64,000 nucleotides of DNA. Origin: Neoechinorhynchus agilis (taxonomy: Eukaryota; Animalia; Acanthocephala). Shown here in pieces: positions 26,666 through 37,269 of the stretch. Under the pieces are notes generated by a model that had not been told where the DNA came from, ran no database searches, and saw only the letters and a list, made by a program, of their open reading frames with translations. The stretch covers positions 6,666,389 to 6,730,388 of the forward strand of contig CM121343.1 in the NCBI GenBank assembly GCA_051530055.1, given 5' to 3'. The stretch's first letter is position 1. Each line of letters opens with the position of its first letter. The translations under genes were made by a program, and so were the position numbers.

Positions 26666-28788
26666 TTATTTCATTTTCTTGTGTGTTTCCATCTCGACAA
26701 GTTTCCTTTTCAGTTCTGTACTTTTTCCTCCCATGAATTGACCCAAAGATCCATCACTTTTTATAACTCTATGACAAGGAATTATAATCGGACACGGGTT
26801 CATGCGCATGCAACGTCCAACGAATCTGGCACAACGTCCATTTCCGAAACACTTTTCGCTGATTTGACGGTAAGAAACGGTGTCGCCATACTTTATATGC
26901 CGCTTTGGATCTTCAAAATTTTTAATATTTAAGTAGTAATCAACGTTGATAGTTTAGACAACAAAAATAAAGCGTTAGCAGGTGCATTCTTAAAAAACAA
27001 GAAAATATAAAATTTAATTTTTTGTTGGTCTGGAAAAATATGAATCAGAAATTCGAAATTATTGAATTGGAATTATTAGTACGATCTATTAACTAATGTC
27101 ATTTATCATTGTTCTCAGGGTAAATTTGATTGTATGTTGGCGAATCCAGTCCCCAGTGCTATCCATACTCATTTATTTGAGAAATATTTCACAAGGTTTT
27201 CCTTGCCTCTTCAGTCGCTACTGATTGTAAATTTTAAATGTGTGAATTGGTGTCTTTATTAATTGAGAAATATTTCACAAGGTTTTCCTTGCCTCTTCAG
27301 TCGCGGTTGCTTCTAAGTTTTAAATGTGTGGGTTGGTGTCTTTATTTATTTGAGAAATATTTCACAAGGTTTTCTTTGCCGCTTCAGTCGCGGTTGCTTC
27401 TAAGTTTTTAATGCGTGGGTTGGTGTCTTTATTTATTTGAGAAATATTTCACAAGGTTTTCGTTGCCTCTTCAGTCGCCGTTGCTTCTAAGTTTTAAATG
27501 TGTGGGTTGGTGTCTTTATTTATTTGAGAAATATTTCACAAGGTTTTCTTTGCCGCTTCAGTCGCGGTTGCTTCTAATTTTTTAATGCGTGGGTTGGTGT
27601 CTTTATTTATTTGAGAAATATTTCACAAGGTTTTCGTTGCCTCTTCAGTCGCCGTTGCTTCTAAGTTTTAAATGTGTGGGTTGGTGTCTTTATTTATTTG
27701 AGAAATATTTCACAAGGTTTTCTTTGCCGCTTCAGTCGCGGTTGCTTCTAAGTTTTTAATGCGTGGGTTGGTGTCTTTATTTATTTGAGAAATATTTCAC
27801 AAGGTTTTCGTTGCCTCTTCAGTCGCCGTTGCTTCTAAGTTTTAAATGTGTGGGTTGGTGTCTTTATTTATTTGAGAAATATTTCACAAGGTTTTCTTTG
27901 CCGCTTCAGTCGCGGTTGCTTCTAAGTTTTTAATGCGTGGGTTGGTGTCTTTATTTATTTGAGAAATATTTCAAAAGGTTTTCCTTGCCTCTTCAGTCGC
28001 TATTGTTAAAGTGTTTTATTGACATTTAAGTGCGAATAAAACACTAACAATAGCGACTGAAGAGGGAGAGAAAACCTTGCAAAATTTTTCTCAAATAAAT
28101 AAATGAATATCGATAACACCGGGAGCAGGATTCGCCAACGTACTATTAACTAATGTTTTGACTTGTGGTGAATATATTCGATCGGTTATAAATCATTTTA
28201 TTCGTCTGAAATATTTCGAAAGAAGAAACCTCGCTTTATCAATCATTGTTTGCAAGTTTGTTCAATTATGGGAGTATCTTCACCACAAGTAAAAAATTAA
28301 CATCCCGATGGATTTTCTTGAGATTAACTACTGTTTAGCGTTATCTCCAATGATTAATTTATTTCGTAATTAACTAATATTTTAAACGAATACGATACGG
28401 GTTTTTTAAGAATTTAAAATGTAAAAAATCAATTTAAAAATAAACAAATACGTGATGGAATAATTTAATATTTTTCACACACTTAAAGAACCAAAATTTC
28501 AAAGCGTACATTCGAAGCGAGAAACTTCAAAACTCGAATCATTGTTTCTGTTAATTTAAATGATTCCCAACAAATGAGTTCCGATGAATTGTCAAGAGCA
28601 ACTCCTGAGAAAAAATTTTCAAAGCATTGGATAAAATTGTCGCTTGTTTGAGTTTCATTGAAGTTCATACTTTTGTCCTCGAGTTTTATTATCTCGATCT
28701 CATGCAATCCTTTCGGGCAGAATGTATATTTTAGATGACATATTGGAGCCACATAAAAACCATTGCAAACTATGGCTTGGCACTTCAT
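26666..28788 (-). CDS. MGMT: O6-methylguanine-DNA methyltransferase, 2 exons (28788-28510; ~26902 or 26890 to 26666)
   Basis: Exon 1 APICHLKYTFCPKGLHEIEII resembles MGMT SPLGKLELSGCEQGLHEIKLL. Exon 2 reads IKYGDTVSYRQIS..ARFVGRCMRMNPCPIIIPCHRVIKSDGSLGQFMGG, with the active-site PCHRV. GTACGC donor at 28509; exact acceptor uncertain. Confidence 0.9.
27086..28156 (-). mobile_element. Fold-back element with 14-bp TSD enclosing an 87-bp x10 hammerhead-bearing array (MGMT intron)
   Basis: CTATTAACTAATGT at 27086 and 28143; GAAATATTT at 27181, 27267, 27354 ... 27963; minus strand CTGAAGA-G-GCAAGG-AAAA-CCTTGT-GAAA-TATT; inverted terminal copy at ~28040-28142. Confidence 0.85.
28145..28336. mobile_element. 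Second small inverted-repeat element at the same target site
   Basis: TTTTGACTTGTGGTGAAT / CTTCACCACAAGTAAAAA arms; flanks ATTAACTAATGTTT and ATTAACTACTGTTT; related to the 10.8-11.3 kb family. Confidence 0.65.
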
Positions 28789-29471
28789 GATCTAAAATTA
28801 AAACAATACACAAATTAGAGCATTTTGATCGCAAATGGAAGCGCGATAAAATTCCAATGAGAACTTGGTTTAGAAACACACGAACAATATCCAATATTTA
28901 TAAATTCTAAAAATCATAATGAATTTAACGATTTAATGTCAGTTGATATAAGCGAACAGAATCCTCTTTCGGACAACCGATCAGCACGTCACCTTATTTA
29001 TAACATTTTTTATTTGTCTTCAAAACTATCTCCGGATATCAAATTGCAATTATGATTCAAAACACATCCCAGAGATTGCGACCGCCACCGCATGACGGTA
29101 GAAAGATTAACAGTTCTACGGAATGATTTCTGGTTCATAATTAGCTCGTCTTGCATTCAACCAGGAATTATTGACGAGCTATATAATTCTCAAGCTCAGG
29201 ACCGAAAGCTAAAAAAATACCATCTTTGTTAAAAATCCTTCAAATAAAATCAATTAAAATATCAATATAGAATCATGAAGATGTGTACTACTTTGATTTA
29301 ATATTGGGCATCTAATAAATTAACGGAGATTTTTAAAGCTCTATCGAAAAGATCACATTTTAGTCAAGTGACTTTGAATAACAAAATTTAGTTTTTAGGA
29401 TCCTGAGGTTGATTTTGCCAAATAGAATTAATCGAGGTCGCAAAAAAAGGTGAACCAGTAGCGTTGTCGAT

Positions 29472-29664
29472 TACTTTAAAAGTATATTTTATGTAAATTT
29501 ATTAAATCGACATTTCGGCTCAATCCAGAGCCTTTATCAAGATTGTAAAGCTTACTTGAATTTTCCTCTGCTAACAATCTTGATAAAGGCTCTGGATTGA
29601 GCCGAAATTTCGATATAATAAATTTACATAATTTTTGTCGCCATTACACAACTACTTTAAAAGT
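29472..29664. mobile_element. Fold-back element with hammerhead motif and 12-bp TSD
   Basis: TACTTTAAAAGT at 29472 and 29653; 58-bp arms 29489-29546 and 29574-29631; AATC-TTGATAA-A-GGCTC-TGGATT-GAGCC-GAAA-TT-TC-GAT. Confidence 0.8.
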
Positions 29665-30200
29665 TACATACATCAGGAGTCTTCTAAGGAAGCAAATAGC
29701 TCAATATACTTCTAGATTTTGGTCTAAAAAATGCGCAGAGTCCATCGTTCCTAGTTTGTTGCATGATTGTCGATCGCTCGAGACAAAACTGCCCTGTTCG
29801 AAATAAACGCCGGCGGTTTATTGATCGAATGCGTTTTCGGAGAAGTCACGCTCGTGGATCGCCTAAAAGTCAATATCATTGAACCATCCACTGCATCCGA
29901 AGTCTTCGACTTCCATAAAATAGGACTAAATAAGGATGCGGAACCAAAGTATGGCAAAAATATAATTGCAGTATCCTTTCAATGAAAATATAAACTGACA
30001 TTTTGCCAAAACGTCTATGGCAAAATCAATATTGCGATCGTGGAGGAAACTCACATTCCGTGTTGAAAAAAAAGAAAAAATAAATTCTATTTCAAGATCA
30101 TTAAATATTTACACGAAAATTGAGTCGAATGAAATTAAAGTATCAAACTTAAATACATTTGAAACGCCGATTAAACTCACCCGCCGCGTTTCTGTAGCCG

Positions 30201-30557
30201 ACCTGTAACCATAGCAACTACATTCGTTTGAAAATCAATCAACGGAGAGACCAAAGTCAATCGAACGATTAAATCGATGAGTCTTGTTTGCTATTTGCAG
30301 AATGCCGATTCAAAGATGCTACAAAAGTTCAGGACAAAGGTGAACGTAAAGGAGCATTCAAAGTTTCCATTTCATCTTCACGGTTTGTCAAATGAATCAG
30401 GAGTTTCAGACTAGCGATCAAAACTCACAATGAATGTAACGTAGACATTTAAGATAAAAAAAATTTACCATTTAACCAAATACACCAAAGTTACAATCAC
30501 GATTCGTCAGCTTTAAACCTTGCTCAAATTTCCAAGATTCTAAGAACGTTGATTCCA
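30201..30557 (+). repeat. Dispersed repeat, copy B (internally deleted relative to 25714-26367)
   Basis: Direct sequence match, with a junction at ~30385. Confidence 0.9.
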
Positions 30558-30899
30558 AAACGCTAATCTTTTCCAAATTGAGAAGGAAAACATGTCAAAA
30601 TTCCAGTGGGCAAGGTTAATCGACGTGAATGTGGGCATTCGATTGACAAATTCATGCTGACGTCATTGTTACGTCATCAAAAGATTATTGCGTAAATACA
30701 CGGAAGAATCATTGTGCTTTGGATACGTTTTCTCAAGTTTATTTTGATTATCGTAGTTGAGGGAAAAAGATGCTTTCTTTTGGTAGTTTTGCAAGTACGC
30801 ATTTATATTTCATCTGCTATCAATGACAAACCTAGAGGAAATGTCGGAGTAATCCGACGGGGTCGCAAAACTACTAAAAGAAAGTATATTTTGTTTTAT

Positions 30900-30995
30900 T
30901 TTGGTGATAATAATCCCGGTAATAGCACATTTGATTTATTGGAAATATTTCGCGGAGGAGGTGACATCGCCTCATTGTAAGTTTTTAAATATGTG
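30900..30995 (-). mobile_element. Solo Penelope-like 3'-end / degenerate hammerhead
   Basis: GGTGAxAATAATCCCGGT..GAAATATTTCGCG is shared with 37277-37325. Confidence 0.55.
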
Positions 30996-31100
30996 ATGTT
31001 TGAAGATTGATCGATGATTTTATTTTAAAATCAGATTGGTTTCGAAGGCACAATCTTGTACACGTTTATCAACATTGCTCGAAGTTTGTTAATATGGTGT

Positions 31101-31173
31101 TTATTTTCAGCTAAGTCGGTGGAGCATGGGGCTCTTAATTCCAGGGTCGTGGGTTCGAGCTCCACGCCGGGCG
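31101..31173 (+). pseudogene. tRNA-Lys(CTT) pseudogene lacking the 5' acceptor strand
   Basis: D arm (GCTA AGTCGGTG GAGC), anticodon loop CTCTTAA (CTT at 31134-31136), T arm GTGGG TTCGAGC TCCAC, 3' acceptor GCCGGGC-G, then a T7 terminator; the expected GCCCGGC is replaced by TTATTTT. Confidence 0.85.
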
Positions 31174-31589
31174 GAATCTTTTTTTGCACGTTTTGTGCTT
31201 TATTAATGTGAAATCTAGAAAAGTTAAAAGAAATCTAACAAAAGAATTCCCTTTGAAATATTTCGTTTGTCTCGTCGGACTTCAGATCATTTGTAAGTTT
31301 TTACGGCGTTAATTAGCACCTATTTCCCATGTCATTTTGTAGCGCCTTCTTTAACAATTAAGAAACCTTAAAGTTACCATTGGCAAGCTCAGATTAAGAT
31401 AAAAATCGTTGGCTTAGTGAACCATATAAAAATGTTTTAAGTTCAAATGGGTTTTACCTTAACGAAATTTAAATGTACGGCCACTATATGAACTCTTTAA
31501 AACAATTTTATAATTCGATTAATATGACGAAACAAATACTTTTAACAAGCTATTTGAGATTATTGACAAACTAGACGTTTTAGCCGGCG

Positions 31590-31720
31590 TTTCCCGGAAG
31601 AGCCAAATGAATTCGAGGAAGGACAAAAGCTGGAATTTGGCGGGAGGTGGTGAGTGTGCGTCAAACAGATTGTTTGAATTGTTAAAAATATATTATGTTT
31701 TTCAAAAAAAAATTGAAACA
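31590..31720 (+). mobile_element. CRE-clade 3'-end fragment
   Basis: GAGGAAGGACAAAAGCTGrAATTTGGCGGGAGGTGGTGAG..CAAACAGATTGTTTGAATTGTT is shared in inverted orientation with 33345-33440. Confidence 0.75.
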
Positions 31721-32099
31721 TGATCAAAATTAAGCAAAATGAGTACATTCGATCTTTAACCATACTTTAAACAATTCAAAAGTCAATTTGGTTATCATTA
31801 TGCTTCTTCAGCATTAACATTAATGGACACTGCTTTACGGTCTTCGATTTCATTTGGTTAAATGCTAATATTGAGGTGATAACCACGATCAATTCGCTAA
31901 CGGCGAGTTCGGAATCCTATTTATAAACTTGGATGATGTTCATCGACTGAAATGGCAATATTTCCCGATCCTTCAATTGCTTTGCGCAAATCAAGACGCC
32001 TTTTGACAGATAATAAATCGAACAAAGAAAAAGTAGACCCTTGTCATTGATTTTCCACTTTTGTTTATTATCATCACAAATAGATTTAATCACCAATTG

Positions 32100-32700
32100 A
32101 TTTGAGGTTGCGTCAATAGCGAAATCAGATTTTTAAAAGGAAGTCTTAATCCAAGATTTTCGGGAAACAAACCCAATCATTTTTTCATGTTAAGCCAAAT
32201 TCCCATACTTTCGCCGGCGAACCCAGAAATATCTCTCAAATCAATAAAATATCTTTTATCCGGGATTATACTCATCACCAGTGTAAAGTATATCGTGACC
32301 CCATTAGAAAAAAAGATAGTTTTTTTTAATAAAGCCAATTTAATTTTGAATAGATCAGACGCTGTAAGTATTCCTGTTAAAGATGAATTCTCGGCGATTA
32401 AAGTGTAGACACAATCTCAATGACGATAAATATATATTGGCCACAAATAATGATAATTCGGAATTATGGACGACAAATGAAGAAGTGGATTGTGCGAGCA
32501 TTAGTTTCATCGATAAAGGAACTTCTCTAGTTGCGATAAATAGGGATTTTTATGAAGCAAAGCACAACCCATCTCTTGGAAGTGTGATTCTATTGGATGT
32601 TACCGACAAAGATGATATTCAATTTCTCGGCATTTCGGACGAGATGTTAGTCATGGATCGAGTGTATTTGGAAGCGAAGAAAGCGCATACAGCTGATTAG
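32100..32700 (+). CDS. Possible spliced gene, product unknown (weakly beta-propeller-like)
   Basis: GTAAGT..TGTAG intron of ~45 nt before a 98-codon open exon (DDKYILATNNDNSELW..); no family confidently recognised. Confidence 0.3.
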
Positions 32701-33344
32701 TTTTACTTTATATCTCAAAAGATGCGGTTTTAATTACATTCACGAGGATTAAATATTTCTTTTTAGATGAAGAACTTTTGTCGTGATTTTACTCATACTG
32801 GACTAACGGATCCACATTTCATTCATCCGGATCAGCGATTAAGGGAAACTATCACCAATGATAAAATTAGTTTATCCGATGCAATGCAAACTCATTGAGC
32901 TATTTGGATTAACTTTTATAAGCAGGATAAAAAATTCGCTTGCTTATCCTCGAGCCATGTACGGAAAAAGGCTGGACGATGTACGTTCAAAAAGGTTAAT
33001 GTCTGTAATGTCCTTATTTCAGCATATCATCGTTCCCGTTTTAGTTCTTGATGATTTGAACAATGATGGTTCCGTATTGTATTGTGGACTTAAAATGAAA
33101 TGGAACTTTATAGTTCGCAGTGTACGATGGATAAATTAAACTGAATAGATTAAGGGAAGTGAGAAACGAATTAAATGAAAAATTAGTGTCAAAAAACGCC
33201 TTTAAAACAATTTTTAGTTGTTAAGTTTTTAGTATCTCATCGTACATGTAATGTAAGATTGAGATTGTGTAATGTACAGTCGATTCCGATCAATGGGACC
33301 ACATCGGGACGCGATCTATTTGGTCCGATTAATCGGATTGGACT

Positions 33345-33601
33345 GTGCATGGAATAAAACACAATATATTTTTTTTAACAATTCAAACAATCTGTTTGAA
33401 GCAAACTCACCACCTCCCGCCAAATTTCAGCTTTTGTCCTTCCTCGACCGTCGCCATCACGCTGGCAGCATTGCCTCGTTGTACTGCCAGCGAGATATTT
33501 TGTCGAAGGAATACGCCTGCTCTTGATTCTCCGGTTGCCTCTCTCAATTTCTTCGAGAGATCCTGGAGCAGAGAGAGTGCCGAGCTGCCGAGCGCTCCCA
33601 T
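33345..33601 (-). mobile_element. CRE-clade 3'-end fragment (RLE C-terminus + 3' UTR)
   Basis: GALGSSALSLLQDLSKKLREATGESRAGVFLRQNISLAVQRGNAASVMA. Confidence 0.85.
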
Positions 33602-33809
33602 TTATTTTGGTTCTTTAGAAAATTTTTCTAATGAGCTGCTGATCCGATTAACCGGATTAAACTGTATCTAAAAAATTCGAAGATCTTTTATGTCCATTAT
33701 ATTTTTTCTTATGAAATACTAATTAATTTGTCAGCCTCGGACACTTGGATGGGCTATTGCAATAATAAGAAAAAGAAAATCTTCGAGCTTTCGACATCTT
33801 ACGGCTTCT

Positions 33810-34570
33810 TCAGGAATCTACAAAGGCGAGTGGAGATGTGAAGTGAGTGTTAATGTAGCGATATCGAAACGGAAGGTTCGTGTTGCCTATTGAGCAGTTC
33901 TGATGTCCAGACCGCCCGGATAATTCCACCAGGTCCTTTAATGTTTTGCCAATAAGCGAAACGAACTTTCCGCTTCGATGTCGCTTCTTTAACGCACACT
34001 TCATATCTACACGTGCCAATGTAGATTCCTGAGGAATCCGTAAGACGACGAAAGCTTGAAAATAAAGATTATTCAAAAACATTTTGTAAAGAATCTAATT
34101 TATCTTTTAGTTGAGATTTTCGCGGAAAGCGTTGTTAAACTGTAAGATCATTAGTTTGATGATATTCATGGTTGCACCTTCAGTCAGCATCTTTCACGAA
34201 CTTTCCAATGGCTCCGCGGCTTTTTTATGTCCTAAATCTATATCATCCCAATATAATGGTGTTAGTTCGATCAGAAAATTCCACATATACGAATAAATTT
34301 TTAAATATTCCTCTTCAGAAATACTGTCGTTTTTCATCCATAAATTCATGATCTTTTTGAACTCTGCTTTGCGCCTCTTAGTTTATTGTTAATTTGTGAT
34401 TAATTGAAGATTTGTATACTTCAACGTTTAATCTACCGATTTGCATTGTCCACTTTATCCCAGCGATAAACTAACGGACGCAATCGTACAATGTGACACC
34501 ACATCGGCAACCTTAATAACCAATATTTGAGACACACTTTGGTACTCGCTGAATCCGGATCTTAAGTAGG
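33810..34570 (-). CDS. Possible lineage-specific spliced gene or pseudogene
   Basis: Several open protein-like stretches (RRKAEFKKIMNLWMKNDSISEEEYLKIY..; VVLRIPQESTLARVDMK..), but I could not build a frame-consistent model. Confidence 0.22.
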
Positions 34571-35103
34571 CGGATTATTTTCCGGGTTCTGTGATCGGGC
34601 TCGGTATCCGTATGTGTAGACAATTTAAGTACATTTAAAATCCTTTTTAGTCGTCAGGACTTTAAGTACAAAAACACTTACCCGCGTATTTTAGTTTCAT
34701 TGTTGTTTTGTAATGCTCACGGCACTTTGTAATTGGGTTTATAAATCAATAATAAAGAAATGTTCATCAATGAAGAGTATTCGCCTTGTCACATTAAAAA
34801 TATAATAATAACACGTTTATTTGTTTTGTGGCATTGTTTTTTATTTAAGCGATAAAGATCGTGGGAAGTCCGTTCGGGTGAAAATATCCTGTAGGTGGAT
34901 GCCCACTCTGGTGGAAATGTTGTGGTTATTGTTTGTAGGAGAGTTTGTGAGGTTGGGTCTTTCCTCAGGTTCATTTCGGGTTATGATACCCGGGAAGTTT
35001 GGGAAGTATTGAAAAAAGGGAGCTTGGTAGCAGTTCAATTTAAATAGCTGCATAATTGTTATAACATTTAAATATTTAACGTAATGTGTCTTTTTTCAGA
35101 CAA

Positions 35104-35489
35104 ATGCCAAAGCCATCACCAGCGCCTGATTCGCAACGTGCCGCAATGGGATTTTTCCTTCATGTATTATCGTTGACGACGATGGGTAATTTAGAATTCA
35201 ATTTTGTTTATCTTAATTTTCCGGTTGTAGCAGTGTATTTAATATGGATGTTCGTGCCAGATGAATATTTCCACTCATCAGGAATATATTATTTTCCTAA
35301 TAGGTATGGAATTATTTCATTTACATAGTTGACCGTTATGGTTGTTTTAGGTATTGGGGAATCATTTTACCTTTCATCGCATTAGCAGGAGTGATCTGCA
35401 TTCCAATAATTTACGGATATATTTCGATGCGCACAATTCCACCTGACGACAGTGTGCAGCATTTAAATACGATCATTAGAGTATCATAA
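35104..35489 (+). CDS. PIGP: PIG-P, GPI-GlcNAc transferase subunit P; exons 35104-35185, 35231-35303, 35351-35489
   Basis: Spliced product MPKPSPAPDSQRAAMGFFLHVLSLTTMAVYLIWMFVPDEYFHSSGIYYFPNRYWGIILP.. matches the PIG-P pattern (SPxPxxxRAxxGF, YLxWxFxP, GxxYxPxxYW); introns of 45 and 47 nt. Confidence 0.9.
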
Positions 35490-35658
35490 ACTGTTACAAT
35501 TTGGTAGTTAAATCAATAGTTGTTTGTTCGTTGCCGATAAAGCCATCCACGTAGCGCACAATCCCAGGACTTCTTTAAAGATGTCTAGTGTTCAAAATTT
35601 TGCAGATTAAAGATCCTTTATCGCATGATCGCGTAAGTGAACGTAATTAACATGTTTC

Positions 35659-36042
35659 TTTTTATTGATGTGAATTATTTTAGTACTTTCGCCGGTCGAA
35701 TTTTATGTTTTTAAATCGGAGAAGTGATATGACCACTTGGAGTTCGTACATCTCTCCGGATCTACGGATACCTCCCGAGGAGGCGGGACTCATCAGTGAG
35801 TTTCTTCTCTTCATCGAGGTATTTCATCCCCGATCGTGGATTCGAACCCTGAAACAGGGATTCACGACACGAGTCCACCTCTACACAACTACGAAATGTA
35901 CAAACTCAGCTGACGAAATCGGTTTGCTGAACCGCATGTTTTTTATCATTTGTTACATTGTCAGCTGATTTTCTCGACCGCTTTTTAATTTTTTTATTGA
36001 TGTGAATTATTTTAGTACTTTCGCCGGTCGAATTTTATGTTT
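35659..36042 (-). mobile_element. ~280-bp SINE-like insertion with tRNA-like head, flanked by 52-bp direct repeats
   Basis: Direct repeats 35659-35710 and 35991-36042; B-box GGTTCGAATCC (minus, 35838-35848); 42-nt core identical to 20634-20675. Confidence 0.55.
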
Positions 36043-37269
36043 ATGGCAAACCGTTGAATTCGAATTGTTTTCGCTATTTACAGCATACTGAAGTGAATCT
36101 AAGTAAAACTGATGTAGAGCCTTTTCCTACTTACCGTGATGGACTGCTTTAAATAGGAAAACGCATTTTCAGTCTGTTTGAAGGATTAGAGTATTACATT
36201 TTGAATGTTAGTGCCCGTCACGAACAAGCACTTGTTTTCGGATACAACTCAAGACCGAGGATTGTGCTTTGGTTTAAAGGTGAAATAACAACACTGTGAA
36301 CCGTGAAATGAAAATGTTAATGTAAACTGCTAATAAAAATGATCGCACCAGGTTAAAATCAATGTATTTAGGCACGATTCCTTGGGTCGAAATCAACGGA
36401 AATGTTTCTGTCGGTATGTGAGGAGGTACCGGAGAATATGATTGGAATTATTGCTTAGCTCTAGTTTGTTCCCGACCAGGTTCGAAACGTCTTTAGGAAA
36501 TGTTTCTGTTTAATGTGTTATAAGGATGTCTTCGCAGGCGTTGGCTTTACTCTGTCCATCATAAAATCGATTTCTCACTGATAAATGGCTCGTCAGCGGT
36601 CCTAAAGTATTTGGAGCAGCATTGTAAAACATTAAACTGTAGAACTTAAAAAAAGAACCAAATTTTAAAGTTTTATTTATATCAGTGTTTTAGATCATTC
36701 CTTACTCGGCTTTTTCCTTTATGCACACATCCAACCGATATCTTACATCAGCGGAAATGATTGAATCAGTTAGACTCTCAAAAACATACGGTTATGAGCT
36801 TTTACGAATCGTTCCGAATCCTAAGGAACTCACTGCTGTATCATTGGAATTAATATCCAAGTGACATGATAAAAGAAGATTTACCTTTTTAGTCGAACAT
36901 TCGTCGATGCCCGCCTAACCTTGTTCTTTACAGTGTATTAATCCACTGGAACTGCCTTAGTTTAGAAAGTAATTTAAATGATACACTGCAGAATGTGCAA
37001 CTGATTGAAACGACTGCTATTTTTATATCTTGATTGCTTGAAAATTCGTGAATAATGTTTACTAAAAAAATCCAAATCAATCTACACGGTGTTTTTTTCA
37101 AATTTGATTTGATGATATAATAAAAAAGATACTGTCACGTAGCGCTTATAATGATTGGATATTCTGTAGGTTTTCCTCAGCGTCATCTGTTCAATTTTGA
37201 ATTGCAACTAGTCTTGGTTTTAATTTAAGGAGTAGCATAAACGATCCTAACAAAGACTATTAATTACTA

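Noticed and set aside
29597-30208. Short ORFs after the 29.5-kb palindrome
   Set aside because: No recognisable domain or consistent splice model.
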